Assembly: GCA_003228585.1 (NCBI GenBank)
Contig: QIEJ01000109.1
Span: 1-37,665 of the forward strand
Direction of reading: 5' to 3'
Length of the DNA stretch: 37,665 bases
From: Pseudomonadota bacterium
Lineage (GTDB): Bacteria; BMS3Abin14
The notes beneath the pieces were generated by a model. The model had not been told where the DNA came from, ran no database searches, and saw only the letters and a program-made list of their open reading frames with translations. The position numbers and the translations under genes are program-made. Numbering within the stretch: the first letter of the stretch is position 1; the number at the start of each line of letters is the position of its first letter. Below, piece after piece: positions 18,060 through 28,371 of the stretch.

Positions 18060-19187
18060 TCAGACGTCCGGGAAATCTTTACGGTAGATCCGGTAGGTCT
18101 TGTAGTGGCGGGCGCCGAAGATCTTGGTCACGGTTTCGTTAACGATTCGATTGTCCTCGAGGATCCAGGACAACTCCCCGTACCAGTACCCGCTCCTGAC
18201 ACCGTAACCCCAGACCTCGGCGAACATGATGGCGTCGATACCTTTCTTCCGGAACTTCTCCCTCACACCCAGGGTCAGACACCGGCCGCTTTTAAAGTTT
18301 TTGGATGCCTTTATTGCTTTTATTATTCCCAGTGAAGTGAGCCGTCCGTTGAGATGCTTCAGGACCTGGTTGTAGTCAGGCAGCGACAGAATGAAGCCCG
18401 CAGGCTCACCATCGATAAAGGCGAAGGACACCATCTCCGGGACAACCAGGGGCTTGAGTTTTTTGGCCATGTGATCGAGTTCCTCATCGGTCATGGGTAC
18501 AAAACCCCAGTTTTTCTCCCACGCTTCATTGTAGATCGAGCGCACGACCTCCAGCTCCTCCTTGAACCGGGACATGTCCAGCGGCCGGACAACGAGGTCT
18601 TTCTCCCTCTTTCTGATCCTCCTTGCGATTTTCTCCAGGCGGTCCGGGATGCCTCCCCCCGCATCGAAAAAATAGGCGAAAAGGTCCTTTTCCTTCAAAT
18701 AGCCGGCTCCTTCAACCAGTTTCGGGTAATAGGGCGGGTTGAAGGTCATCATCACGAAGGGAGGTGAGACGAAATTGTCCACCAGCATCCCGCACTCCTC
18801 ATTGGTGCTCGGGTTGACCGGCCCGCGGCAGAACTCCATCCCCTTTTCCTTGAGCCAGCCTTCAGCCGCATCCAGCAGAGCGAAAGCCACCTCCGGATCC
18901 CGGACCGCCTCGAAAAAACCGAAAAATCCTGCTTTCTCGCCGTGGAACTCGTTGTGCCGGTGGTTGACGATACCGACGATCCTTCCCGCGGGAATCCCGT
19001 TCCTGAGACAGAGAAAAAGTTTTCGCTCCGCATGCCGGTAGAAAGGGTGCTTCGGGGACAGAAGCTCCGAGACGTCCTTCCTCAGTGGGGGAACCCAGTA
19101 AGGATTATTACGATAGATCTTCCAGGGAAGTTTGATGAAATCTTTGTAATGACGCCCACGCCCAGCGTCAACTATTTGAAGAGTCAT
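18060..19187 (-). CDS. YghO-like double-GNAT acyltransferase; putative bacterial ceramide synthase (bCerS)
   Basis: FIKLPWKIY...WVPPL, GFFGFFE, GPVNPSTNEECGML, NPPYY, AWEKNWGFVPMT, PDYNQ, ELSWILEDN; adjacent to spt. Confidence 0.8.
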   Translation of the reverse strand: MTLQIVDAGRGRHYKDFIKLPWKIYRNNPYWVPPLRKDVSELLSPKHPFYRHAERKLFLCLRNGIPAGRIVGIVNHRHNEFHGEKAGFFGFFEAVRDPEVAFALLDAAEGWLKEKGMEFCRGPVNPSTNEECGMLVDNFVSPPFVMMTFNPPYYPKLVEGAGYLKEKDLFAYFFDAGGGIPDRLEKIARRIRKREKDLVVRPLDMSRFKEELEVVRSIYNEAWEKNWGFVPMTDEELDHMAKKLKPLVVPEMVSFAFIDGEPAGFILSLPDYNQVLKHLNGRLTSLGIIKAIKASKNFKSGRCLTLGVREKFRKKGIDAIMFAEVWGYGVRSGYWYGELSWILEDNRIVNETVTKIFGARHYKTYRIYRKDFPDV

Positions 19188-19297
19188 TGGAAAATTCCAA
19201 ACTCCAAATCCCACATTCCAAACTCAAGATAAAACCTGAAAAACTTGATTCGAAATGGCAACAAAACCAGCTCCTTCTCTTTGGAATCTGAAATATG

Positions 19298-19335
19298 CCT
19301 TTCGACTCCGCTCAAGGCCCTGAGCCTGTCGAAGG
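19298..19335. repeat. Short palindromic element (TTCGAC..GCTCA/TGAGC..GTCGAA type)
   Basis: CCTTTCGACTCCGCTCAAGGCCCTGAGCCTGTCGAAGG, an imperfect hairpin with an unpaired 3-nt internal loop. Confidence 0.65.
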
Positions 19336-19351
19336 TAAATCTGGAATTGGC

Positions 19352-20533
19352 TTAAGTGATAAGCCCCAGCTCTCGGCCTACTTTGACAAAGACTTCCAGC
19401 ACCCGGTCCAGATGCTCATCCGTGTGGGTAGCCATATAGCTGGTCCTGATGAGGGCTCTGCCTGAGGGTATGGCAGGGCTTACCACAGGATTGGCGAACA
19501 CACCTTCATCCTGGAGCATGAGGGCAAACTGAAACGCCAGAAGATCCTCACCGACGACAACGGGAATGATGGGAGTCGCCGCACCACCGATATCGAATCC
19601 GTAGGATTTGAATCCGTCCATCATGCGGTGGGTGTTCTTCCAGAGCCGCTCCCGGCGTTCCGGCTCCTGATCGATGATATCCAGAGCGGCGCTGACCGCA
19701 GACACCAGGGCCGGGGCCAGGCTTGCGGAAAAGATCATGGACCTGCTCATATGCTTCAGGTAGTCGATGATCTCTTCGGATGAGGCCACGAATCCTCCGA
19801 TGGTGCCCAGGGACTTGCTGTAGGTACCCATGATGATATCGACTTCGTCCTCGAGGTCGAAGTGCTCACACGTTCCGCGCCCGGTCCTGCCCAGAACTCC
19901 TACCCCATGGGCATCGTCAACCATGAGTCCGAATTCATGTTTCTCCTTGAGCCGGACAATGTCCGGCAAAGAGCTGATGTCGCCCTCCATGGAAAAGACC
20001 CCGTCCACAATGACCAGCTTGCTCTTGTCCCTGTATTTTTCCAGAAGGTGGTCCAGATCCCGGGAATCGTTGTGGTGGAATTTTTTTGTCTCGCCGAAGG
20101 ACAGCCGGCAACCATCTATAATGGAGGCGTGATTGAGCCTGTCGTTTATGGCTATCTCTCCCCTCTCCACCAGTGCCGAGATCACTCCGAGGTTCGTCTG
20201 GTATCCGGTCGCATAGACCAGGGCGGATTCCTTGCGGAAAAAATCCGCAAGCTTCTCCTCAAGAGCGACATGGATATCCAGCGTTCCATTAAGATACCTG
20301 GATCCGGCGCAGCCCGTACCGTACTTCATGACAGCTGCGGCAGCGGCCTCCTTGACCTTGGGGTGTGATGCCAATCCCAGGTAGTTGTTGGACCCGCACA
20401 TGACGACTTCCTTACCGTCCATGATAACCACCGGATCCTGTTGCGACTCGATCACCCTGAAGTAGGGATAAAGACCAGCAGCCCGCACTTGCTCGAGCCT
20501 TTCGAAATGATGACATTTATCGAAGATTCCCAC
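19352..20533 (-). CDS. spt: Serine palmitoyltransferase (alpha-oxoamine synthase family, PLP)
   Basis: YPYFRVIES, GSNNYLGL, GTGCAGSRYLNGTLDIH, NHASI, DDAHG, GTYSKSL (PLP Lys); resembles Bacteroides-type SPT more than BioF or Kbl; GTG 20533 with SD CAGGAGG; context supports the call. Confidence 0.8.
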   Translation of the reverse strand: MGIFDKCHHFERLEQVRAAGLYPYFRVIESQQDPVVIMDGKEVVMCGSNNYLGLASHPKVKEAAAAAVMKYGTGCAGSRYLNGTLDIHVALEEKLADFFRKESALVYATGYQTNLGVISALVERGEIAINDRLNHASIIDGCRLSFGETKKFHHNDSRDLDHLLEKYRDKSKLVIVDGVFSMEGDISSLPDIVRLKEKHEFGLMVDDAHGVGVLGRTGRGTCEHFDLEDEVDIIMGTYSKSLGTIGGFVASSEEIIDYLKHMSRSMIFSASLAPALVSAVSAALDIIDQEPERRERLWKNTHRMMDGFKSYGFDIGGAATPIIPVVVGEDLLAFQFALMLQDEGVFANPVVSPAIPSGRALIRTSYMATHTDEHLDRVLEVFVKVGRELGLIT

Positions 20534-20553
20534 TCTTGCCTCCTGAATCATCG

Positions 20554-21546
20554 TTATTTCAACCAGTGGTTCTCCCTGTACCAATCAGCTGTGATAACAA
20601 AAGCTGTTTCCAGCGGGATTTTGGCCATAAAACCCAGTTCCGCTTTTGCCTTCCGGGTGCTGCACACCCATCCGAACGCAGTGAGTTCGTTGACCTTGTC
20701 GCGGTTGAAAACGGTCATTCGACCCGAGACCTTTCCCCACAGTTCAGATCCGGCGGCAGCAGCGGCCAAAACCGGCCTCGGTATGAAAACTCCCTTCACT
20801 TTCCTGCCCAGCGCTTTCCCCAGAATACCCGGAAGCTGTGTCATGCCCAATGGTATCGGGTTGGCGATAAAATACTTTTCTCCGATCCTCCCCGATTCGG
20901 CAGCCTGCCAGACACCTTTAACCAGGTCGTCCACAAAGATCATACTGACCATGGAACGCCGGTTAAGAATGGGGAAGATACCCATGGAAGCCAGGCGAAA
21001 GAAGATAAATGCCTCCCTGTCCCTGGGACCGATAACCGTCGGCGGGCGAACCACAACCAGGGGCAGTGCTTTCATGTTGTGCAGGATGTTTTCACCCTCG
21101 AGCTTGCTCCGGCCGTAATCGGTGATCGGCACAGGAAGAGCGCTCTCCGTTAACGGACCTCCGGTTCCGCTGGGTCCCGAGACAGCCTGACTCGAGACAT
21201 AGACAAACACATCCGGCGGTTTACTGCAGTCCAGGGCGGTCCGGCCAATATTCCTGCACCCCTCGGCGTTGGTCCGAAAGTACTCCTCCCGGTTTCCCGC
21301 GGCGAGAGTGCCGGCAAGATGAAAAACGGCGTCGGCTCCTGAAACACCTTCCCTGAGGGCATCAGTGTTGTCAAGGTCACCCTGAATCATCTGGATTGAC
21401 TTGCCATCAAGCCATCCCGGGTTTGACGGTCGGCGAACCAGGCATCGCACCTCAACTCCCCGTTCAAGAAGAAAATCAACAAGGTGGCTTCCAATAAACC
21501 CTGTTCCACCGGTAACGAAGCAGGTGCGGATTTCCCGGGAAAACAT
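20554..21546 (-). CDS. NAD-dependent epimerase/dehydratase (extended SDR); putative ceramide reductase CerR
   Basis: VTGGTGFIGS, VFHLAG, YVSSQA, YGRSK, RPPTVIGPRD; immediately upstream of spt. Confidence 0.8.
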   Translation of the reverse strand: MFSREIRTCFVTGGTGFIGSHLVDFLLERGVEVRCLVRRPSNPGWLDGKSIQMIQGDLDNTDALREGVSGADAVFHLAGTLAAGNREEYFRTNAEGCRNIGRTALDCSKPPDVFVYVSSQAVSGPSGTGGPLTESALPVPITDYGRSKLEGENILHNMKALPLVVVRPPTVIGPRDREAFIFFRLASMGIFPILNRRSMVSMIFVDDLVKGVWQAAESGRIGEKYFIANPIPLGMTQLPGILGKALGRKVKGVFIPRPVLAAAAAGSELWGKVSGRMTVFNRDKVNELTAFGWVCSTRKAKAELGFMAKIPLETAFVITADWYRENHWLK

Positions 21547-21577
21547 GTGAAAATTTAACACATCAGCTTGATAACGG

Positions 21578-24259
21578 TCAATGAGCTTCAGCCCAGTTGT
21601 CACCGAACCCTATATCGACCACCAATGGGACCCTGAGTTTCATGACCCCTTCCATGGCCTCCCGGACGACTGCGGCTGTGCGATCTTCATCTCCTGCAGG
21701 GACCTCGAACACGAGTTCATCGTGGACCTGGAGGATCATTCGTGCCTCGGACACCTTCTCACCGAGGTTCCGATGGACATTTATCATGGCCACTTTTATC
21801 AGATCAGCTGCCGCACCCTGGATCGGAGTGTTGACTGCCATCCGCTCGCCCAACTGTCTCTGGTTCGGGTTGGACGACTCAAGCTCAGGAAGGTAACGTC
21901 TCCTGTTCAAGAGGGTCATGACGTATCCCATCTGCCTGGCACCTTCCAACGTACGGTCAATGTAAGACTTGACACCTGAATATACGGAGAAATAATCCTC
22001 AATGATCTGGCCTGCCTCTCGGGGATGAACCCCCATTTCTCTGGAAAGCCCGAAAGCGCTCATACCGTAGATGATCCCGAAATTGACAACTTTGGCCCGT
22101 CTCCTCAGTTCAGGCTCAACTTCCTCTCCGGCTCCGAAGACCTGCCTCGCTGTACGCGCATGGACGTCCTCCCCATTGCGGAATGCCTCCAGAAGTTCTT
22201 CATCCTCGGACAGATGGGCCAGGATTCTCAACTCGATCTGGGAGTAGTCGGCCGACATTAAAACCCGCCCCTCCGGAGCTATGAACGCCTCACGAATCTT
22301 CCTGCCTGTCTCCGTGCGCACCGGAATGTTCTGCAGGTTGGGATCGGAACTGGAAAGCCGACCGGTGGCAGTTGCTGTCTGGTTGAAAGAGGTGTGGATC
22401 CGCCCGGTACCGGGATTGACCAGCACAGGCAAAGCGTCGCTGTAGGTGGACTTGAGCTTTGAGAAGCTTCTGTACTCCAGGACCATGGACGGAAGCTGAT
22501 GTCTTTCGGAAAGTTCGAGAAGAACATCCGAGTTGGTTGAATATCCGGTCTTGGTCTTCTTTTGCACCGGCAGACCCAGCTCCTCGAACAGGACCTGGCT
22601 TAATTGGCGGGGAGAGTTGATATTGAAATCCCGGCCTGCTTCACGGTGGATTCCGGCAGCCAGATCTCCGATCTTTACCGCCAGCTCCGAAGAGAGCCGG
22701 CCAAGAAGCGTTGTGTCAATCATGACACCAGCCATTTCCATGTCTGTAAGAACCGAGATCAGCGGCATCTCCACTTCCTGAAAAAGGTCCATTATCTTCA
22801 TGTCTTTCAGGTCATCGAGGAGCGGCTGCATCACTCTCAGGGTGACATCAGCATCCTCGCAGGAATAGACCGCCGCTTCCTCCACGGACACGTGGTTGAA
22901 GGGGATCTGCTTCCTTCCCTTCCCGGTAAGATCCGTGTAGCTGATCATTGTGTGGTTGAGCCTCTCTGAAGCGATCTCAGCCAGACTATGCGTTCGCTTG
23001 GAGGGATTAACCAGGTAGGAAGCGACCATTGTATCGCACACGATCCCCTTCAACTGCCATTGTGATCCCGCAAGCACTTTCATATCGTACTTTATGTTCT
23101 GCCCGATCTTTCCGATCCTTGAATCAGCCAGTACGGGGCCAAGAATCTCCCTGGCACGGGCCTCGGTAATCTGTTTCGGGACCCCCAGATAATGGTGCGC
23201 AAGGGGGATGTAAACAGCCTGCCCCGGTTCCCATGAAAGGGAGATACCTGCCAGGTTCGCTCTCATGGCGTCCCTGTTATCGGTTTCCACATCAATGACA
23301 AATTGACCTGCCCCCTTAAGTTTTCCGATCAGGTTCGACAATTCATCCTCATCAACGATCATGCGGTAACCCTCCCGGCTCAGGGATGTCCGGGGTGCTA
23401 CCTCATTGATGAGTCGTGTAAATTCCAGTTCCTTGAAGAGGTCTCTCAGGGAATTGCTGTCCGGCTCCTGTGCCCGAAGATCCTCCAGGGAGATGCCCAG
23501 TTCCAGATCCTTTTCCAGAGTGACGAGAGACAGGCTCAGCAATGCGTCATCGATCCCGGCGGCCAGGTTTTTCCCGGCGCTGCCGCCCACCTCTGAGCTC
23601 CGGTCCAGAAGTTCCCCCAGGGTTCCGTAGCTGGCGATAAGCTTCCCTGCGGTTTTAATGCCGACACCGGACACGCCGGGAATATTGTCGCTGCGGTCCC
23701 CTGCCAGTGCCAACACATAGCGGATCTGGTCGGGTTCGACGCCGAATTTTTCGCGCACTTCATCAACCCCCACCCATCGATCCTTCATGGTGTCCAGCAT
23801 CCGGACCCTTGATGAAACCAGCTGCATGAGGTCTTTGTCCGAGGAGATGATAATTGTGTTGTCCACATCCTCAGCGCACTGATGGACAAGGGTGGCGATA
23901 ATATCATCGGCCTCAACCCCTTCCTTCCTGATGGCAGGGATATGGAACTCCTTGATGATCTGCTCAATGTGAGGGAGTTGGACCGCCAGTTCATCGGGCA
24001 TGGGAGGGCGGTTGGCCTTGTACTGGGGAAATTTTTCGTGGCGCATGGTTGGTCCCTTTGAGTCCAGGACAACCGCCAGGTAGGTGGGCCTATGCTCTCT
24101 GAGGATTTTCAGGAGCATGTTGGTAAAACCGTAAACAGCGTTGGTGGGGAATCCATCCCTGGTGGAGAGCCCGCGGATGGCATGATAGGCACGGTAGATA
24201 TAGGAGCTACCGTCAATGAGGTATAGGGTCTTTTCTCCCTCGTTCGGTTTGTCGGTCAA
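21578..24259 (-). CDS. polA: DNA polymerase I
   Basis: 5'-3' exonuclease (LIDGSSYIYRAYHA, EADD), intact 3'-5' exonuclease motifs (DVETD, NIKYD, YSCED), polymerase motifs ADYSQIELR, AKVVNFGIIYG, QVHDE. Confidence 0.98.
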   Translation of the reverse strand: MTDKPNEGEKTLYLIDGSSYIYRAYHAIRGLSTRDGFPTNAVYGFTNMLLKILREHRPTYLAVVLDSKGPTMRHEKFPQYKANRPPMPDELAVQLPHIEQIIKEFHIPAIRKEGVEADDIIATLVHQCAEDVDNTIIISSDKDLMQLVSSRVRMLDTMKDRWVGVDEVREKFGVEPDQIRYVLALAGDRSDNIPGVSGVGIKTAGKLIASYGTLGELLDRSSEVGGSAGKNLAAGIDDALLSLSLVTLEKDLELGISLEDLRAQEPDSNSLRDLFKELEFTRLINEVAPRTSLSREGYRMIVDEDELSNLIGKLKGAGQFVIDVETDNRDAMRANLAGISLSWEPGQAVYIPLAHHYLGVPKQITEARAREILGPVLADSRIGKIGQNIKYDMKVLAGSQWQLKGIVCDTMVASYLVNPSKRTHSLAEIASERLNHTMISYTDLTGKGRKQIPFNHVSVEEAAVYSCEDADVTLRVMQPLLDDLKDMKIMDLFQEVEMPLISVLTDMEMAGVMIDTTLLGRLSSELAVKIGDLAAGIHREAGRDFNINSPRQLSQVLFEELGLPVQKKTKTGYSTNSDVLLELSERHQLPSMVLEYRSFSKLKSTYSDALPVLVNPGTGRIHTSFNQTATATGRLSSSDPNLQNIPVRTETGRKIREAFIAPEGRVLMSADYSQIELRILAHLSEDEELLEAFRNGEDVHARTARQVFGAGEEVEPELRRRAKVVNFGIIYGMSAFGLSREMGVHPREAGQIIEDYFSVYSGVKSYIDRTLEGARQMGYVMTLLNRRRYLPELESSNPNQRQLGERMAVNTPIQGAAADLIKVAMINVHRNLGEKVSEARMILQVHDELVFEVPAGDEDRTAAVVREAMEGVMKLRVPLVVDIGFGDNWAEAH

Positions 24260-24278
24260 TAAGTACTCCTGCTTCTAC

Positions 24279-25199
24279 TTACTTCACAACCGTGATCCAG
24301 TCCTGATAGCGGGAATCCCCTCCGTGAACAACTTTAAAATAGGCATCCTGGATGGCACGGGTTACGGGTCCCGGCCTGCCCTCTCCTATGGCCCTGTCGT
24401 CCACTTCCCGGATAGGCGTTATTTCCGCGGCCGTCCCGGTAAAGAAAGCCTCATCGGCAACATACAGTTCATCTCTGGTGAACCTGTCCTCGACAACCTC
24501 GTATCCCAGCTCGGAAGCCAGAGTGATAACTGTGTTACGGGTTATCCCGTTGAGAACGGAGGTCAGGGATGTGGTCTTGATACGACCGTCCCTTACAATG
24601 AACAGGTTCTCACCGCTGCCCTCGCTTACGAAACCATCGGTATCCAGCATGATCGTCTCGTCATAACCCGCCTGGATCGCCTCTCTTTTGGCCAGGATGG
24701 AGTTGACGTAAGCGCCGTTGATTTTGGCCTTGGTCATCATGGCGTTCACGTGGTTGCGAACGAAGGAAGATATTTTGGTCCGGATACCGTTTTTCAGTCC
24801 CTCCTCTCCCAGATAGGCGCCCCACGCCCATGTGGCGATAAAGACGCCCACAGGATGATCTTCGGTAACCAGCAGACCCATCGGACCATCTTTGAGATAG
24901 ACTACCGGGCGGATGTAGCCGTCCTCAAGCTTGTTAACGCGAACGATCTCGATATGGGCATCCCACAGGACATCCCAGTCGAAGGGGATTTTGATGCGAG
25001 AGATATGGCAGGAATCGTGCAATCTTCTGAGATGCTCCTTCAGCCGAAAGATTCCCGGACCCTCCGGAGTTTTGTAGAATCGGATCCCCTCGAAAACGCC
25101 GAGACCGTAATGAAGGGTATGGGTCAGAACATGGACCTGGGCTTTCTGCCAATCGACCATCTCCCCGTTCATCCAGATCTTTGTCACCGGTGTAACCAT
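24279..25199 (-). CDS. ilvE: Branched-chain amino acid aminotransferase
   Basis: HTLHYGLGVFEGIR, YIRP, KAKINGAYVNS, EGSGENLF, LNGITR, GTAAEITP. Confidence 0.97.
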   Translation of the reverse strand: MVTPVTKIWMNGEMVDWQKAQVHVLTHTLHYGLGVFEGIRFYKTPEGPGIFRLKEHLRRLHDSCHISRIKIPFDWDVLWDAHIEIVRVNKLEDGYIRPVVYLKDGPMGLLVTEDHPVGVFIATWAWGAYLGEEGLKNGIRTKISSFVRNHVNAMMTKAKINGAYVNSILAKREAIQAGYDETIMLDTDGFVSEGSGENLFIVRDGRIKTTSLTSVLNGITRNTVITLASELGYEVVEDRFTRDELYVADEAFFTGTAAEITPIREVDDRAIGEGRPGPVTRAIQDAYFKVVHGGDSRYQDWITVVK

Positions 25200-25258
25200 G
25201 AATATTCCTCCATTATCTCCAGGTCTGTCTTCAGACGCTCACCGCCTAATCCAGAGCT

Positions 25259-28200
25259 TCAGTCGTTTTCCTTCTCAATGGATACCATGAGGTTCTCATA
25301 TTCTGACCTGATCAGAAACTTTGTGTCCCTGACCTTCTCGAGAAAATCGGCCGGCGATCCGGCCTCACCAACATATCCCAGGCTTCTGGCCAACGGCTGG
25401 ACTTTTTTTTCATCAGCGGGTATTCGAGGGTCTGAGCGATCCTGATAGAGCTGCGAGCGGTTCTCAATCTCTCTGAAAAAAATGTACGCGCGGTGCAACG
25501 CATTATACTGGTTTTCCTCGACAAGTCCAGAATCCTTGAGGGCCTTTAAGGCCTCCATTGTGGAAGCTGTGCGTACCTCGGGCAGGTCGTGCCCGTAGTA
25601 AAGCTGGAGAACCTGAACAGCAAACTCGATATCCACAAGACCCCCCTTGCCCACCTTGATATCATGGAACTGTCCACTGGACTCTCCTGCGATCTCATTT
25701 TCCATTCTGTCCCTGACCCGCCGGATCTCTCTAACTTCCTCTTTTCCTATGGCATGCGAATAGGTCAGTTCATCGATGGTCTCGGCAATATTCCCGCCAA
25801 ATTCCCTGTCTCCGGCAACCCAGCGCGCTTTGATCAGAGCCTGGCGTTCCCACACCATTGCATTCTCCTGGTGATGTCGTCGGAACGAGTCCAGCGTTGT
25901 GACGAGAGGACCGGCATGCCCAGATGGCCGAAGCCGCATGTCAGCACGGTAAAGCACCCCCTCACCGGTGGGGCTTGTAATAATGGTGATCATCCTCTGG
26001 GCCACCCGGGTGTAGAACTCCCTGCTTCCCTCCCCCCCCTGGAAGAGAAAAACAAGGTCAAGGTCTGAGCTGTAGTTCATCTCACGACCGCCCATCTTGC
26101 CCATGGCCACAACACCGAAAGATCCTGGAGGGTCGCCCCTGTCCACGGCAACATCTCTAACCGCCATATCGAAAGATGCCCGGAGAAGGCCTTCAGCGAG
26201 CGCTGTGAGTTCCAGGTTCACACCAGGCAGTTTTCGGAGCCCAAGAAGATCTCCCAGCCCGATCCTGAGGATCTCCCCATTCCTGTAACGCCTCAACATT
26301 ATCAACTCATCCTCAAAGGATGGGCTGGGGCCCAGTATTTCCCTGATCTCCTCTTCCAGGTCCTCAAGGCTCCTGCCCTCGGACAGGTCGGTTCCGGAAA
26401 TCATGAGATCGAGCAGGTCCGGTTGTCTGAGGAGAAACCCGGACAGAAAAGGACTCGATCCGAAAAGCGACGCGAGCAGCTTTATCGATTCGGGATTCCT
26501 GGCCAGCATGGAATAGTAAGAGGCCCTGGCCCCAACCTTTCCTATGAACCGATTCAGGTTAACCAGGACGGCATCGGGATCAGGAACACCTTTCAGTTCA
26601 GCCAGAAGACGGGGGGCGATTTGCCTGAGCAGGTGACGACAGGTGTCCGTGAAGTGGCCGTAGGAAGGCCCATCCCGGAGAAGGAGCAGATTTCTGTATG
26701 CGGCCTCCGGATCCGAAAAACCCGCTGAACCAAGTTCTTCAACGGCTTCCTTCTCGGTAAGATCTTCCCTGAGCAGGTTTGGCTCCTGCATATCTCTCGA
26801 GGACCGAGGCACGTCCTCTGTAAAGAACAGATGGTCATAACAGACCCTGACGTCCTCGGTCACCCTGTTCAGGGCCTCCCTGAATCGTGGTTCATCCCCG
26901 TTCCCATCCCTGATGAAGCCCATAATATAAGCCAGTTTCGAGATCTCATCCGCACTGTGCGGCAGAGTGTGTGTCTGTCTTTCCTCGACAAGCTGGACGC
27001 GGTGTTCCACCGTGCGCAGGAAAATATAAGACTCTCGAAGAGTTTCGGCGTCCCTCTCTGTCAGGAAACCGTTTTTCATAAGCCGGTCCAGAGCCCTGAG
27101 GCTGTTTTTCTCACGGATTGCGGGGTTTCTCCCCCCGTGAATGAGCTGGAGGCTCTGGATCAGGAATTCTATATCCCTGATCCCGCCGCGGCCCAGTTTG
27201 ATGTCCCTTATTCCATGGGTTTCCTCATCGATTTGCCGGTGGATCTTCTCCTTGAGAACACCGATCTCCTCGATAGCGGTGTAGTCCAGATGCCGACGGT
27301 AGACGAACCGGATCATACTCTCGAGAAACACCTCGCCCAACCGCCTGTCTCCTCCCACGGGTTTGCCTTTCAGAAGAGCCAGCCGGTCCATGGTCCTGCC
27401 CCAGGATTGATAATAGACGTCCAGACTAGGCAGGGAATAGGCTATCTCCCCCGATTCGCCCTCCGGTCTCAACCTGAGATCGACTCTGAAAACGATTCCG
27501 TCAGCGGTTCGTTCATTGAGCAGCCGGGTTATGGTCTCACCAAGACGAACGTAAAACCGATGATTCTCGACTGAGTCCCTGTAGCCCCCCGATTTCGAAG
27601 GCCTGCCGGTGGTCATGCCCTCATGGGAGGAATACAGGTAGAACAGGTCCACATCAGAGCTGTAGTTCAGCTCCTCCCCACCCAGTTTTCCCATTCCAAG
27701 CACACAGAATTTTCCGGGTCGGGTAACTCCCCTTTCAGTAACCCTCAGGGGGACTCCATGCTTCTGTTTCAGATGGGTCATGGCGATTTCCACGGACGCA
27801 TCGATGGAGGCTTCCGCCAGGTTTGAGATATCGTGGACCGTCTCCTCCAACGTGGCCGCGCCGAGAAGATCCCGGACCCCTATCCTCAGCATTTCCCTGT
27901 ACTTGTTGATCCTGAGTATCCGACCCGCATCCTCCAATTCAACCCCAGCAGAAAGCCGCATTGTCAGATCATCATGCATGGCGGAGGAGTATCTGGTGCC
28001 TGAAAGACCAACCTCTCTCATGAGCCAGACGTAGTCCCCAGGTGATCTCTGGATCAGAGAGGACAGGAAGTTGCTGTATCCGAGAATGGCGAGCAGGGAT
28101 TTCAACCCGTCCGGATCCTCCAGGAGGGACCGAAAATTCGGGTCATCGATCATGGTCAGGAGCCTGGCCAGGCGGTTCAGTGCGGCCTGGGGATCAGCTG

Positions 28201-28366
28201 TCCCCAAGGCCCCGCTTACAGCCTGCTCGGCGAAGTTCTCAGAATACCCCCTGGCTGCGGCGGCATCGTGAATGGATTGAAGCAGGGATGTCAGAGAGTC
28301 GGTTACAGGGAAGCGGCCGATTTTTCTGACCAGGGAGATCAGCGATTCGAGGGTGCCCCCAGGCAT
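25259..28366 (-). CDS. glnE: Bifunctional glutamine synthetase adenylyltransferase/adenylyl-removing enzyme
   Basis: Two nucleotidyltransferase domains: GMGKLGGEELNYSSDVDL / RVDLRLRPEG / KLGRGGIRDIEF and AMGKMGGREMNYSSDLDL / DMRLRPSG / GGLVDIEF. Confidence 0.96.
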   Translation of the reverse strand: MPGGTLESLISLVRKIGRFPVTDSLTSLLQSIHDAAAARGYSENFAEQAVSGALGTADPQAALNRLARLLTMIDDPNFRSLLEDPDGLKSLLAILGYSNFLSSLIQRSPGDYVWLMREVGLSGTRYSSAMHDDLTMRLSAGVELEDAGRILRINKYREMLRIGVRDLLGAATLEETVHDISNLAEASIDASVEIAMTHLKQKHGVPLRVTERGVTRPGKFCVLGMGKLGGEELNYSSDVDLFYLYSSHEGMTTGRPSKSGGYRDSVENHRFYVRLGETITRLLNERTADGIVFRVDLRLRPEGESGEIAYSLPSLDVYYQSWGRTMDRLALLKGKPVGGDRRLGEVFLESMIRFVYRRHLDYTAIEEIGVLKEKIHRQIDEETHGIRDIKLGRGGIRDIEFLIQSLQLIHGGRNPAIREKNSLRALDRLMKNGFLTERDAETLRESYIFLRTVEHRVQLVEERQTHTLPHSADEISKLAYIMGFIRDGNGDEPRFREALNRVTEDVRVCYDHLFFTEDVPRSSRDMQEPNLLREDLTEKEAVEELGSAGFSDPEAAYRNLLLLRDGPSYGHFTDTCRHLLRQIAPRLLAELKGVPDPDAVLVNLNRFIGKVGARASYYSMLARNPESIKLLASLFGSSPFLSGFLLRQPDLLDLMISGTDLSEGRSLEDLEEEIREILGPSPSFEDELIMLRRYRNGEILRIGLGDLLGLRKLPGVNLELTALAEGLLRASFDMAVRDVAVDRGDPPGSFGVVAMGKMGGREMNYSSDLDLVFLFQGGEGSREFYTRVAQRMITIITSPTGEGVLYRADMRLRPSGHAGPLVTTLDSFRRHHQENAMVWERQALIKARWVAGDREFGGNIAETIDELTYSHAIGKEEVREIRRVRDRMENEIAGESSGQFHDIKVGKGGLVDIEFAVQVLQLYYGHDLPEVRTASTMEALKALKDSGLVEENQYNALHRAYIFFREIENRSQLYQDRSDPRIPADEKKVQPLARSLGYVGEAGSPADFLEKVRDTKFLIRSEYENLMVSIEKEND

Positions 28367-28371
28367 TTCTA

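Noticed and set aside
19352-20533. bioF or kbl call for the PLP enzyme
   Set aside because: No bio or tdh genes are nearby; the YPYF N-terminus and the bCerS/CerR-like neighbours favour SPT, though this is not proven.
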